A DNA stretch of 31,145 bases from Tubiluchus corallicola (Eukaryota; Animalia; Priapulida): contig JAQGDQ010002451.1 in assembly GCA_030141605.1 (NCBI GenBank), forward strand, positions 1 through 31,145, read 5' to 3'. Numbering within the stretch: position 1 is the first letter of the stretch; each line of letters starts with the position of its first letter. The notes beneath the pieces are model-generated. The model had not been told where the DNA came from. It saw only the letters and a list, made by a program, of their open reading frames with translations, and made no database searches. Below, one piece after another: positions 10,602-20,061 of the stretch. A program made the translations under genes and the position numbers.

Positions 10602-10873
10602 TGAGCACAGAGAACAGACCTATTTGGATAGATGTAAGAGATATTAAAGAATACAAAAAACACCATTTAGAAGGTGCTATTAACATTCCTTGTAAAGAGA
10701 TAAAGGATAGGATAAAGGACTTGACTGCTAACTTCGACCAAGAATTATGGGTCTATTGTAAATCAGGGTTACGCTCAAAATCAGCTTGTCGAACATTACG
10801 AAAAATGGGCTTTACCAATGTTGTTAATAAAGGAACTTTAAAAGAACTGCTTTCGCAAAAAGAGATTATTTAA
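10601..10873 (+). CDS. Single-domain rhodanese (PspE-like sulfurtransferase)
   Basis: WIDVR, HLEGAINIP and active-site YCKSGLRS; TAATG stop/start overlap with pheT. Confidence 0.9.
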   Translation: MSTENRPIWIDVRDIKEYKKHHLEGAINIPCKEIKDRIKDLTANFDQELWVYCKSGLRSKSACRTLRKMGFTNVVNKGTLKELLSQKEII

Positions 10874-11064
10874 GAACAAAAAGGCGAAAAATAAAAATTA
10901 GGGAAAATCAAAGCATCGCTTCTTGGTTCTTTGGGTAATTATACCCCAACATAATAAAGGATTGAATTAAACAAACAAAATACCCATAAGCCTGCTTTGT
11001 CTTTTATTTTCGGAGATAGAGAGGCTATTCTTTCATTATTATTTTCTTTTCGTCATTTTTTTTA

Positions 11065-11072
11065 TAGCTTTG
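11065..11072 (+). promoter_or_regulatory. -7 promoter element for the PUL regulator
   Basis: TAGCTTTG matches TAnnTTTG and ends 34 bp upstream of the ATG at 11107. Confidence 0.55.
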
Positions 11073-11106
11073 TTTATAGCAGGTTCTATAAAAAAGAGGC
11101 AATCCT

Positions 11107-13872
11107 ATGATAAGAGTCTTTGAAAAAACATATTTTTATTTCTTTGTATTACTACTCTTTTTTTATTTCAATTCCTTTTCACAAATAAAAACTGTCGGTA
11201 CTCCTTACGTAACATCTTTTACAAAAACAGACTACAAAGCAGGAAGACAAAACTGGGATATTGTTCAAGACAACGATGGTTTTATGTATTTTGCCAACAA
11301 CAAAGGGGTGCTTGTGTATGATGGTGCTAATTGGAACTTATACCCTATTAAAAATAGTATTGTGCGTTCACTATGTGCTGGTAAGGATGGAGCAGTCTTT
11401 GTTGGAGCTGATAGTGAATTTGGAGTTTTGAAAAAAGATAGTTTGGGGAAAATACAGTACACCTCTTTCTCTAATCTGATAGATTCATTGCCAAAAACAG
11501 TTAATATTTGGTCTATTGCCTGTGTTGATGACAAGGTGTTGTTTCGTTCTAAGTCTTTTTTGTTTGTATATAGTAACAATACGTTGCAGCATTTTTATTT
11601 CTCTGATGGTATTACAGGTATTATTTCACATAGGAAGAACATATATTTGTTAGATGGACTTGGAAGTATATTTAAGTGCATAATTCAAGAAAAACATAAT
11701 GAAGTAAAATTTGAGTATATATGTAATAACAGCTTGTTGCAACATTCAGAGATTAGAAAAATGATAGTTGTCAATGATTATATCTTGATTGCTACTTTAA
11801 ACAAAGGTTTATTTACCTTTAAAGACGGTAGTCTTAAACTGTCAAATATAAATTGCAATGACTTTTTGATACAAAATAGGATATTTAGTTGTGATGTGCT
11901 GAATGGCAGTTATTTATCTTTTGGGACTATCTTAAACGGATTAATAATTACAGACTTACAAGGTAATATCATTCATCATTTCAACAATAAGAATGGGCTT
12001 TATAATAATACTGTTCTTTCGTTATTTTTTGATAGAGAGAACAACCTTTGGGTGGGTTTAGATGATGGCATTACATATGTAGAAACAAATTCTTCTTTTT
12101 CTAAATATTTTGAAGGTGCAGCAGGCTATGTAGCAAAAGAGTTCAATGGAAAAATTTATTTAGGAACAAACCAAGGACTTTTTGAAAAACCTATCGAAGA
12201 CCACAGCGAGACGCTACTTGTAGAGGAGGTAAAGGCACAGGTATGGGATCTGCAAGTAATTGATAATAAACTCTTTTGCTCCGACAACGAAGGATTTTTA
12301 ACAATAGATAAGGATAACAACAAAAAACGTATTTTCAATATTGCAGGTGGAGAAGGAATAACAAAATTAGATGATAAGTTATTGATAGCTAGCACCTACG
12401 AAGACCTTTTTCTCTTACAGAAAAAGAATGACATATGGGAAACAAAATGTAAGGTTAAAGGGTATAAAGAAGGAGGAAGAAATATAACAAGATTTGGAGA
12501 TAAAATAATACTAAACACAGGAAGAGTAAAAATACTTGAAATGAATAATACTTTCGATAGTGTTGTAAATATAGAAACTTGTGATAGTTTGACAAATATT
12601 TTTTACGGGTTTGGTACTGTTTTTTATGATGGTAGTAATTTTTTTAACTACCAGCAAGGCAAGTTAAAAAGAAACAAGTATTTAAGTAATATGTTTAATA
12701 AGCATACAGTAAATTACTTAACAGAACTACCCAGTGGAGATGTATGGTTTATAGAAAATGAGCAATTAGGCTTTATTTCGAGAAATGATATAGAAACAAA
12801 AAACTATGTAAAAGAAAATTTTGAACTGAAAGATGGTTTGATAGATAATTTTAAATATCTCTATGCACTAGATGATAATAACATAATTGTAGGAACTGCA
12901 TATGGTTTTTTACACTATGACGCAAAATATGAAAAGAAAAATAAAGTAAAATACAACACATTTATTAATAAAATAGAGGCTTTGAGCAATTCAAACTCTG
13001 TATTATTCTCAGGTCATTACTCTGATAGCAATTGGCAATTTCCTGTAAGAACAAGCTGTAACAATATCCGATTTTATTACAGTACTCCTTTTTATGGTTA
13101 TAAAAAGGAGGTGCAATATTACTCTAAGTTAGAGGGGGTTGATGATGAGTGGAAACACACTGAAAATACTTTTAAAGAGTACTTCAACCTATCCCCAAAA
13201 ACTTACACTTTTAAAGTTAAGGCAATGGACATTTACAATTACGAGACAAGTGTAACGGAGATAAAGCTCGTTGTGCTACCCTCTTGGTACAACAATTGGT
13301 TTTCTTATGCTTTATACGCACTATTTTTATGTCTTTCAATTTATTATCTATCTATTTGGACTTACAAAAGGAAACATAGGTTAGAGCTTAAAAAGAAAAA
13401 AATATTAGAACAAAAACTGACACTATTAAAAAATGAGCAACTGAAAACAGAAATCAACTACAAAACAAGGGAGTTGGCAAATTTTGCAAAAGGAATAGTT
13501 TTAAAAAACGAATTTTTAAATACAATAAAAAATGAAATTAAGAAAAATACTATAAATGCCAACCTTAATTTGAGAACTATTGTCCGAAAAATAGAGAATA
13601 ATATTAAAAATAAAAAAGAAGAGAAAGTCTTTGAAGAATGCTTTAACCAAGTTCACGAAGATTTTTTAAAAAAACTCAATGAAAAACATCCTAATTTATC
13701 TCCCGCTGAAATAAGAATATGTACTTATTTAAGAATGAACCTCTCTAACAAAAAAATTTCTTCCCTTAGAAATATATCTACCAAAAGTGTAGAAGTTATT
13801 CGCAGTAGAATACGAAAAAAGATGAAATTGGAAAGCAAAACAAATTTAGTAAAATACATTATGGATATATAA
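11107..13872 (+). CDS. Transmembrane PUL regulator: beta-propeller sensor, Y_Y_Y domain, TM helix and LuxR-type HTH; no histidine kinase
   Basis: Signal peptide; QNWDIVQD and GLYNNTVLSLFFDRENNLWVGLDDGI propeller repeats; KEYFNLSPKTYTFKVKA (Y_Y_Y); PSWYNNWFSYALY TM segment; LSPAEIRICTYLRMNLSNKKI...RSRIRKKM HTH. Confidence 0.9.
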   Translation: MIRVFEKTYFYFFVLLLFFYFNSFSQIKTVGTPYVTSFTKTDYKAGRQNWDIVQDNDGFMYFANNKGVLVYDGANWNLYPIKNSIVRSLCAGKDGAVFVGADSEFGVLKKDSLGKIQYTSFSNLIDSLPKTVNIWSIACVDDKVLFRSKSFLFVYSNNTLQHFYFSDGITGIISHRKNIYLLDGLGSIFKCIIQEKHNEVKFEYICNNSLLQHSEIRKMIVVNDYILIATLNKGLFTFKDGSLKLSNINCNDFLIQNRIFSCDVLNGSYLSFGTILNGLIITDLQGNIIHHFNNKNGLYNNTVLSLFFDRENNLWVGLDDGITYVETNSSFSKYFEGAAGYVAKEFNGKIYLGTNQGLFEKPIEDHSETLLVEEVKAQVWDLQVIDNKLFCSDNEGFLTIDKDNNKKRIFNIAGGEGITKLDDKLLIASTYEDLFLLQKKNDIWETKCKVKGYKEGGRNITRFGDKIILNTGRVKILEMNNTFDSVVNIETCDSLTNIFYGFGTVFYDGSNFFNYQQGKLKRNKYLSNMFNKHTVNYLTELPSGDVWFIENEQLGFISRNDIETKNYVKENFELKDGLIDNFKYLYALDDNNIIVGTAYGFLHYDAKYEKKNKVKYNTFINKIEALSNSNSVLFSGHYSDSNWQFPVRTSCNNIRFYYSTPFYGYKKEVQYYSKLEGVDDEWKHTENTFKEYFNLSPKTYTFKVKAMDIYNYETSVTEIKLVVLPSWYNNWFSYALYALFLCLSIYYLSIWTYKRKHRLELKKKKILEQKLTLLKNEQLKTEINYKTRELANFAKGIVLKNEFLNTIKNEIKKNTINANLNLRTIVRKIENNIKNKKEEKVFEECFNQVHEDFLKKLNEKHPNLSPAEIRICTYLRMNLSNKKISSLRNISTKSVEVIRSRIRKKMKLESKTNLVKYIMDI

Positions 13873-14089
13873 ATAATGGGAAGTAAAAATAAACCTTACC
13901 TATAATATTTCTATTATTAAAAATGAACAGAGTTTCTAATAATATTTGTTGATTGAAGCAAACATATAATAGCCATTTTTAGCCTAACTCATTAATTTTC
14001 TCTTAAAAAAAGAGTTTATTTGTTGTATGGTGCTTTTAAATAAAATATAAATATTATTTGTCTGATAATCTGCACTTTATCATTTCTTT

Positions 14090-14180
14090 TGTTAAGTTTT
14101 TGTTAAGGTAAAATCTCCATCTATTAGGTTTTTGTTATGGTAGAATATTTGCATTAAGCTACTCTCTTCATATACATTTA
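14090..14180 (+). promoter_or_regulatory. susC promoter with phased direct repeats (putative activator operator)
   Basis: 21-bp direct repeats at 14090-14110 and 14122-14142 (18/21 identical), then TTTG (14148-14151) and, 21 bp later, TACATTTA (14173-14180), a near-consensus -7. Confidence 0.65.
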
Positions 14181-14248
14181 CCCCTCAAAAACATATTAAA
14201 CAGCTTATAACTTATTGAGTTTCATATTATCAAAAAATTTATGTCAAA

Positions 14249-17200
14249 ATGATAAAAAAAGCAATTTCATCTTTACTATTATTTGTAGCACTTTGCTCTT
14301 TTCTAAAAGCACAGGATTTTATAATAACAGGACAAGTTTTTGACCCAGACAATGAGCCTTTACCCGGAGCTACTGTTTTAGTAAAAGGAAGTACCACAGG
14401 AACAATAACTGATATAGATGGTAGATACACTATAAAAACCCCAGATGATAACCAAACTCTTGTATTTTCCTTTGTAGGAATGGAAACACAAGAAAGTCCT
14501 ATTGACGGACGCATTAAAATAGATGTTGTATTACAATCTGGTGCAGTAAGTTTAGACGAAATTGTTGCTATTGGCTACGGAGTGCAAGAAAAAAGTCTTG
14601 TTACAGGTTCTATTTCAAAGATTAACGCAGAAGAAATTACCAGTACTCCTGTGTTGAGAGTAGAGCAATCGTTACAAGGAAGAACAGCCGGAGTACAAGT
14701 AGTGCAAAACTCAGGTTCTCCAGGGGCTGGCTTGACTGTCAGAATCAGAGGAACAGGAACTACTGGCAATAGCGACCCCTTGTGGGTAGTAGATGGGATG
14801 CCTACAGGAGGTATTGATTTTCTTAACCCAGGAGATATTGAGTCGATGGAAATATTAAAAGATGCTGCCTCATCAGCAATATATGGAGCAAGAGGAGCTA
14901 ATGGTGTAGTAATTATTACAACGAAACAAGGACGGCAAATGGAGAAGGCAGAAATCAGTTTTGAGTCCTATTATGGAATACAAACAGCGTGGAAACAATT
15001 AGACCTGTTAAATGCAGAACAATATGCCACTATAGTAAACGAAGCCCACGTCAATGGAGGAGAAGCTCCTATTTTTGATGTTCAAGACATTGTAAATAGG
15101 GTGGGAACGGGAACAAATTGGCAAGATGAAGTATTTACAACTGCTCCTATCCAAAATCACCAGCTAACAATTAGAGGAGGAGATAATAAAAAAACATACG
15201 CTATAACAGGTTCCTACTTCAAACAAGATGGGATAATAGGAGGGAAAGACAAATCAGACTACGAAAGATTAACGACAAGGTTCAACTCTAAAAGAGAAAT
15301 ACTTAAATGGTTCAACTTGACTACCAATATTTCTTTTAGTCACGCTACTAAAAATAGTTTGGATGAAAATAATGAGTTCGGCTCTATTTTAAGTAGTGCT
15401 ATAAATATGGATCCCATAACTCCGGTAAGGGACGAGAATGGAGACTATGGGAAGAGTAATTATGTAGGAAGCGAAATTGTGAATCCAGTAGCGAAGATAG
15501 ACTATACAAACAATACTTCCATATTGGATAAACTTTTGGGAGGTATTATAGCAGAATTTAACTTAATGAAAGGGCTTAATTTTACAACTAACTTTAATAT
15601 AGATTTGGCCTATCAGGTTGTTGATATTTTCTCCCCCGTATACAACTTGACTCCTGCATACAGGAATGACATAAGTAATGTAAGTAAAGAATTTAACAAA
15701 TGGGAAACGTGGTTGTGGGAAAATGTTCTTACATACAACACACAAATCGATAAACATGATTTTTTAATTTTGGGAGGTACTACTGCTCAAGCATCTCGAT
15801 GGGAAAATTTATATGGATTTAGAGAGGGTGTCCCCAATGATGATATAAGCTTTGCATTTCTTAGTTCAACAACTATTGCTAATTCAGACAGAGTATCTGG
15901 AAGTGCATCGCATAATTCTCTGGCATCTTATTTTACAAGATTGAACTATTCGTTCAACAAAAAGTATTTGTTTTCCTCTACTGTTAGAGTTGATGGTTCA
16001 TCAAGATTTGGCACAAACAACAAGTATGCAGTATTCCCATCATTTTCAGCAGGATGGGTTTTATCCAGAGAGAACTTTATGTACGATGTAGATTTCTTAG
16101 ATTTTTTAAAACTTAGATTAAGTTGGGGACAAAATGGAAACCAAGAAATAGGAGATAATAGATATGCTGCATTAGTAGAAGGAGGGAGAAATTATGTATG
16201 GGGAGACATTATCTATAATGGCTCCTCGCCTGCGGGTCTTAGCAACCCTGATATAAAATGGGAAACAAGCGAACAGACAGACATTGGCTTAGATATGAGA
16301 TTCTTAGGCAACAAAATAGAGTTAAATGTTGATTTTTATCTGAAAAAAACAAAGGACTTGTTGGTAGATATACCCGTGCCTGATTACTTGGGAATGGGCT
16401 GGGCTACTGGCAATGCAGGCGATGTAGAAAATAGAGGTTTCGAATTAGACTTTACTTATAGAGATAAGGTGGGAAAACTTTCTTATAGTATTGGAGGTAA
16501 TATTTCTACTTACAGAAATAAGGTTACATATTTGGGAACAGATAATGGCATATTAGATGGAGCTACTTGGGGACCTGGTGGCACACATTTAATATCAAGA
16601 GCAGAAGTAGGGTACCCTATTGGATACTTTTATGGCTATGTTACTGATGGTATATTTCAAAACCAAGCAGAAATAAATGCCCACGCAAATGAAAGTGGTG
16701 AGCTTTTACAGCCTGATGCTCAACCCGGAGATATTAGATTTCAAGATATAAACAATGATGGGGTAATAGACGACAAAGACAGAACTATGATAGGTAATCC
16801 TCATCCTGATTTTTTATATGGTATTAATTTTTCTTTGGATTACCAAAACTTTGATTTAAGTGTTTTCATACAAGGTTCGCAAGGAAACGACATCTACAAT
16901 GGAACTATAAGGGAAGATTTGCAAAATGTAAATAAAGCAACTAGTTCACTTAATAGATGGACTAGTGAAGGTACAAGCAATAGCGAGCCTAGAGTAACAA
17001 CAAAAGATAATAATAAAAATTCAAGAGTTTCTGACCGATTTGTTGAAGATGGTTCATTTATGAGGCTGAAAAACATTCAACTGGGTTATTCATTACCTAA
17101 AAACATAACAGAGAAAATAAATGTTAGAAAGTTACGGATATATGTATCTGCTCAAAACTTATTTACAATTACTAATTACAGCGGTTTTGACCCTGAAATA

Positions 17201-17293
17201 GGTACTAATGGATCAACCTTAGATTTAGGTATAGACAGGGGTTTTTATCCTCAACCAAGGATGTTTTTAACAGGAATAAACCTTACTTTTTAA
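14249..17293 (+). CDS. susC: SusC/RagA family TonB-dependent transporter
   Basis: N-terminal extension (PLPGATVLVKG), plug (PLWVVDG, ILKDAASSAIYGARGANGVVIITTK), LKLRLSWGQNGN, NPDIKWETS and terminal YPQPRMFLTGINLTF. Confidence 0.97.
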   Translation: MIKKAISSLLLFVALCSFLKAQDFIITGQVFDPDNEPLPGATVLVKGSTTGTITDIDGRYTIKTPDDNQTLVFSFVGMETQESPIDGRIKIDVVLQSGAVSLDEIVAIGYGVQEKSLVTGSISKINAEEITSTPVLRVEQSLQGRTAGVQVVQNSGSPGAGLTVRIRGTGTTGNSDPLWVVDGMPTGGIDFLNPGDIESMEILKDAASSAIYGARGANGVVIITTKQGRQMEKAEISFESYYGIQTAWKQLDLLNAEQYATIVNEAHVNGGEAPIFDVQDIVNRVGTGTNWQDEVFTTAPIQNHQLTIRGGDNKKTYAITGSYFKQDGIIGGKDKSDYERLTTRFNSKREILKWFNLTTNISFSHATKNSLDENNEFGSILSSAINMDPITPVRDENGDYGKSNYVGSEIVNPVAKIDYTNNTSILDKLLGGIIAEFNLMKGLNFTTNFNIDLAYQVVDIFSPVYNLTPAYRNDISNVSKEFNKWETWLWENVLTYNTQIDKHDFLILGGTTAQASRWENLYGFREGVPNDDISFAFLSSTTIANSDRVSGSASHNSLASYFTRLNYSFNKKYLFSSTVRVDGSSRFGTNNKYAVFPSFSAGWVLSRENFMYDVDFLDFLKLRLSWGQNGNQEIGDNRYAALVEGGRNYVWGDIIYNGSSPAGLSNPDIKWETSEQTDIGLDMRFLGNKIELNVDFYLKKTKDLLVDIPVPDYLGMGWATGNAGDVENRGFELDFTYRDKVGKLSYSIGGNISTYRNKVTYLGTDNGILDGATWGPGGTHLISRAEVGYPIGYFYGYVTDGIFQNQAEINAHANESGELLQPDAQPGDIRFQDINNDGVIDDKDRTMIGNPHPDFLYGINFSLDYQNFDLSVFIQGSQGNDIYNGTIREDLQNVNKATSSLNRWTSEGTSNSEPRVTTKDNNKNSRVSDRFVEDGSFMRLKNIQLGYSLPKNITEKINVRKLRIYVSAQNLFTITNYSGFDPEIGTNGSTLDLGIDRGFYPQPRMFLTGINLTF

Positions 17294-17313
17294 CAACATA
17301 AATACAATTGAAA

Positions 17314-18780
17314 ATGAAAAAATATATAAATGTAATATACATAGCTATTCTTCTTACAAGTATAGTAGCTTGTAGTAAAGATTTCTTAGAAAAAGAAGCA
17401 CTGGGAAAGATTGATGAAGAAACGTTTTACAAAACAGAAAAAGATGCTATGGAGGCCTTAGTGGCTGCTTATAGTCTACTTTACGGTGATTGGACAGATT
17501 TGATAAATCAGGAAGTAATGTCTGATAATTCTGTAACAGGTGCAGCAAATGCCACTGACGGATGGGATATAAGAGAATTAGAGCAATTTAGAGCTACTTC
17601 AACCAATCCTAAGGTTAAAGATATATGGTCTAAAAATTTTACAGGTATTAGCAGAGCTAATATTGTAATAGAGAAAGTGCCAGATATAGCATTTGAAGAT
17701 GAAGATGAAAAGGATAACATTATAGCAGAAGCAAAGTTTTTGCGAGCATTTTATTATTTCAATTTGGTTCTTTATTTTGGTGATGTGCCTATGATTACAA
17801 AAATCTTAACAGAAAATGAAATTATACAGGAACGTGTAAACAAGAATATCATATATGAGAAGGTGATCATACCTGACTTAGAAGCAGCTATACCTAACTT
17901 AGAAACTACTCACGATACAAGATACGAAGGAAGGGTAACACAAGGAACTGCTCAGGCTTTATTAGGCAAAGTGCATTTATTCAACGAAAATTTTACAGAC
18001 GCAGCTAAGTATTTAAAAGATGCCATAAATTCTCCTGCCGGCTTTGAACTTGAAGAAAATTTTGAGGATATTTTCTCCTCCGAGAATCAAAACAATAAAG
18101 AGACCTTATTTGCAGTACAGCATACTTCAAAAGAGGCTACAAACGATTGGGGAAGTCCCAAAGGAAATATGTTTACCACCTTTGCAGGAATAAGAGATTA
18201 CAAAGGCGATACATATGCTGAGGGTTGGGGGTTTAATCTACCCACTCAAGACTTAGTAGATGCTTTTGAAGCGGGAGATGTTAGGTTAGCTGCCTCTATT
18301 ATTTCTACGGATACAATAAATGATGATGATTATACAAAGAGTAATCAGCATACAGGATACTATACGCAAAAATATGCTCCTTTACTCAAAGACAAAGCAA
18401 TAGATGGTGGAGATCCATTTTTAAATTATCCAACCAATAAAATTTTAATGCGCTTGGCAGATGTCTATTTAATGTATGCCGAAGCTGTTGTAAATGGTGG
18501 TGATGGAGGTGATGCACAACAGTATTTCGATGCTGTATACAAAAGAGCAAGAGGAGAAGCTGCTACTCCACCAGTGGTCTCGTTACCTGAAATAAAAAAA
18601 GAACGTAGATTAGAATTAGCACTTGAAGGTATTCGCTTTTTTGATTTAGTAAGATGGGACGATGCTTCTACCGTTCTCGAATACAAAGGATTTGCTAAAG
18701 GGAAACACGAGCTTTTGCCTATTCCACAAAATGAGATAGACAGAACTAATGGTGTGATTACTCAAAATCCCGGCTATTAG
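17314..18780 (+). CDS. susD: SusD/RagB family glycan-binding lipoprotein
   Basis: Lipobox IVAC; EAKFLRAFYYFNLVLYFGDVP, RLADVYLMYAEA, ERRLELALEGIRFFDLVRW and terminal QNPGY. ATG at 17314 preferred over TTG at 17308. Confidence 0.97.
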   Translation: MKKYINVIYIAILLTSIVACSKDFLEKEALGKIDEETFYKTEKDAMEALVAAYSLLYGDWTDLINQEVMSDNSVTGAANATDGWDIRELEQFRATSTNPKVKDIWSKNFTGISRANIVIEKVPDIAFEDEDEKDNIIAEAKFLRAFYYFNLVLYFGDVPMITKILTENEIIQERVNKNIIYEKVIIPDLEAAIPNLETTHDTRYEGRVTQGTAQALLGKVHLFNENFTDAAKYLKDAINSPAGFELEENFEDIFSSENQNNKETLFAVQHTSKEATNDWGSPKGNMFTTFAGIRDYKGDTYAEGWGFNLPTQDLVDAFEAGDVRLAASIISTDTINDDDYTKSNQHTGYYTQKYAPLLKDKAIDGGDPFLNYPTNKILMRLADVYLMYAEAVVNGGDGGDAQQYFDAVYKRARGEAATPPVVSLPEIKKERRLELALEGIRFFDLVRWDDASTVLEYKGFAKGKHELLPIPQNEIDRTNGVITQNPGY

Positions 18781-18789
18781 TTGAAAAAA

Positions 18790-20016
18790 ATGAAAAATAT
18801 TATTTTATCAATTGTATTAGTGGCAGGTAGTTTTCTTTTTTATTCGTGCAGCAATGAAAGAGAACCCGTGAAATATTGGACGGTAAAAGGCACAGAATTT
18901 ATCAATCCCGAAGGACAAGCAATACAACTAAAAGGCATAGGTATTGGCAATTGGCTTTTGCCCGAAGGATATATGTTCCATTTCAAAAGGGCTTCTTCGC
19001 CTCGTTTGATTAACGAAGCATTTACAGAGTTGATAGGAGAAGAGCAAGCAACAAAGTTTTGGGATGCTTTTTTAGAAAACTATATCACCTTAAAAGATAT
19101 AGAGTATATGAAAAAAATAGGGATGAATCATATACGTCTCTCTTTTGATTACAGGCTATTGACTCACGATGATTTTCTTGGTAGAGATTTTCACGGTTAC
19201 GAGTACTTAGACAGAGCTATACAATGGGCAAAGCAAGTGGGAATGGGTGTGGTACTTGATATGCACGCTGCTCCAGGCGGACAAACTGGAGATAACATAG
19301 ATAATAGTTATGGTTATCCTTGGCTTTTCGAAAGTAAACAAGCTCAACGACAAACAATAGATTTGTGGGTGGAAATTGCCAAACGTTACAAAAACGAACC
19401 TACCATCATTGCTTATGAATTGCTCAACGAACCTATTGCACACTTTTTTGATAACAAAAAAGAATTGAATAAAAAACTAGAGCCTTTGTATAAAGATATT
19501 ACAGCAGAAATACGAAAAATAGATGCTAACCATATTATCATATTAGGAGGAGCACAGTGGAACACGAATTTTAAGGTTTTTGGAAAACCTTTTGACGATA
19601 AACTAGCTTATGCTTTTCACAGATATTGGATGCCGCCTGTGAAAGAAGAAATACAAGAATATATCGACTTTTCAGACAAGTATCAAGTGCCTATCTATAT
19701 GAGCGAAACAGGAGAAAACACAGATTCTTGGTGCGATAGTATGAGAACTACATTAGATAAAGAGCAAATATCATGGGCTTTTTGGCCTTACAAAAAATTA
19801 GACAACCCAAGAGGCATAATTAGTTTTTCTCGTCCTGCGAAATGGGATGCTATCATTAAGTATGTAGAAACAGATGGACAATCGTTTCAACGAAGACCTT
19901 ATAAAGTAAATAGTAAAGTAGCAAAAAAAATATTAGATGAATTTATAGAAAACAGCAAGTTTGAAAATTGTGTTCCCCAAAAGGGCTATATCAAAGCATT
20001 GGGTTTTAAAGAGTAA
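18790..20016 (+). CDS. Glycoside hydrolase family 5 lipoprotein, resembling GH5_46 beta-glucanases
   Basis: Lipobox FYSC; GIGNWLLPEGYM, LDMHAAPGGQ, acid/base YELLNEP, nucleophile YMSETGEN and WAFWPYKK. The subfamily is an inference. Confidence 0.92.
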   Translation: MKNIILSIVLVAGSFLFYSCSNEREPVKYWTVKGTEFINPEGQAIQLKGIGIGNWLLPEGYMFHFKRASSPRLINEAFTELIGEEQATKFWDAFLENYITLKDIEYMKKIGMNHIRLSFDYRLLTHDDFLGRDFHGYEYLDRAIQWAKQVGMGVVLDMHAAPGGQTGDNIDNSYGYPWLFESKQAQRQTIDLWVEIAKRYKNEPTIIAYELLNEPIAHFFDNKKELNKKLEPLYKDITAEIRKIDANHIIILGGAQWNTNFKVFGKPFDDKLAYAFHRYWMPPVKEEIQEYIDFSDKYQVPIYMSETGENTDSWCDSMRTTLDKEQISWAFWPYKKLDNPRGIISFSRPAKWDAIIKYVETDGQSFQRRPYKVNSKVAKKILDEFIENSKFENCVPQKGYIKALGFKE

Positions 20017-20061
20017 AAAGGGAATTACAATTAAGTTTGAATATAGTTTAAAGCATAAAGA

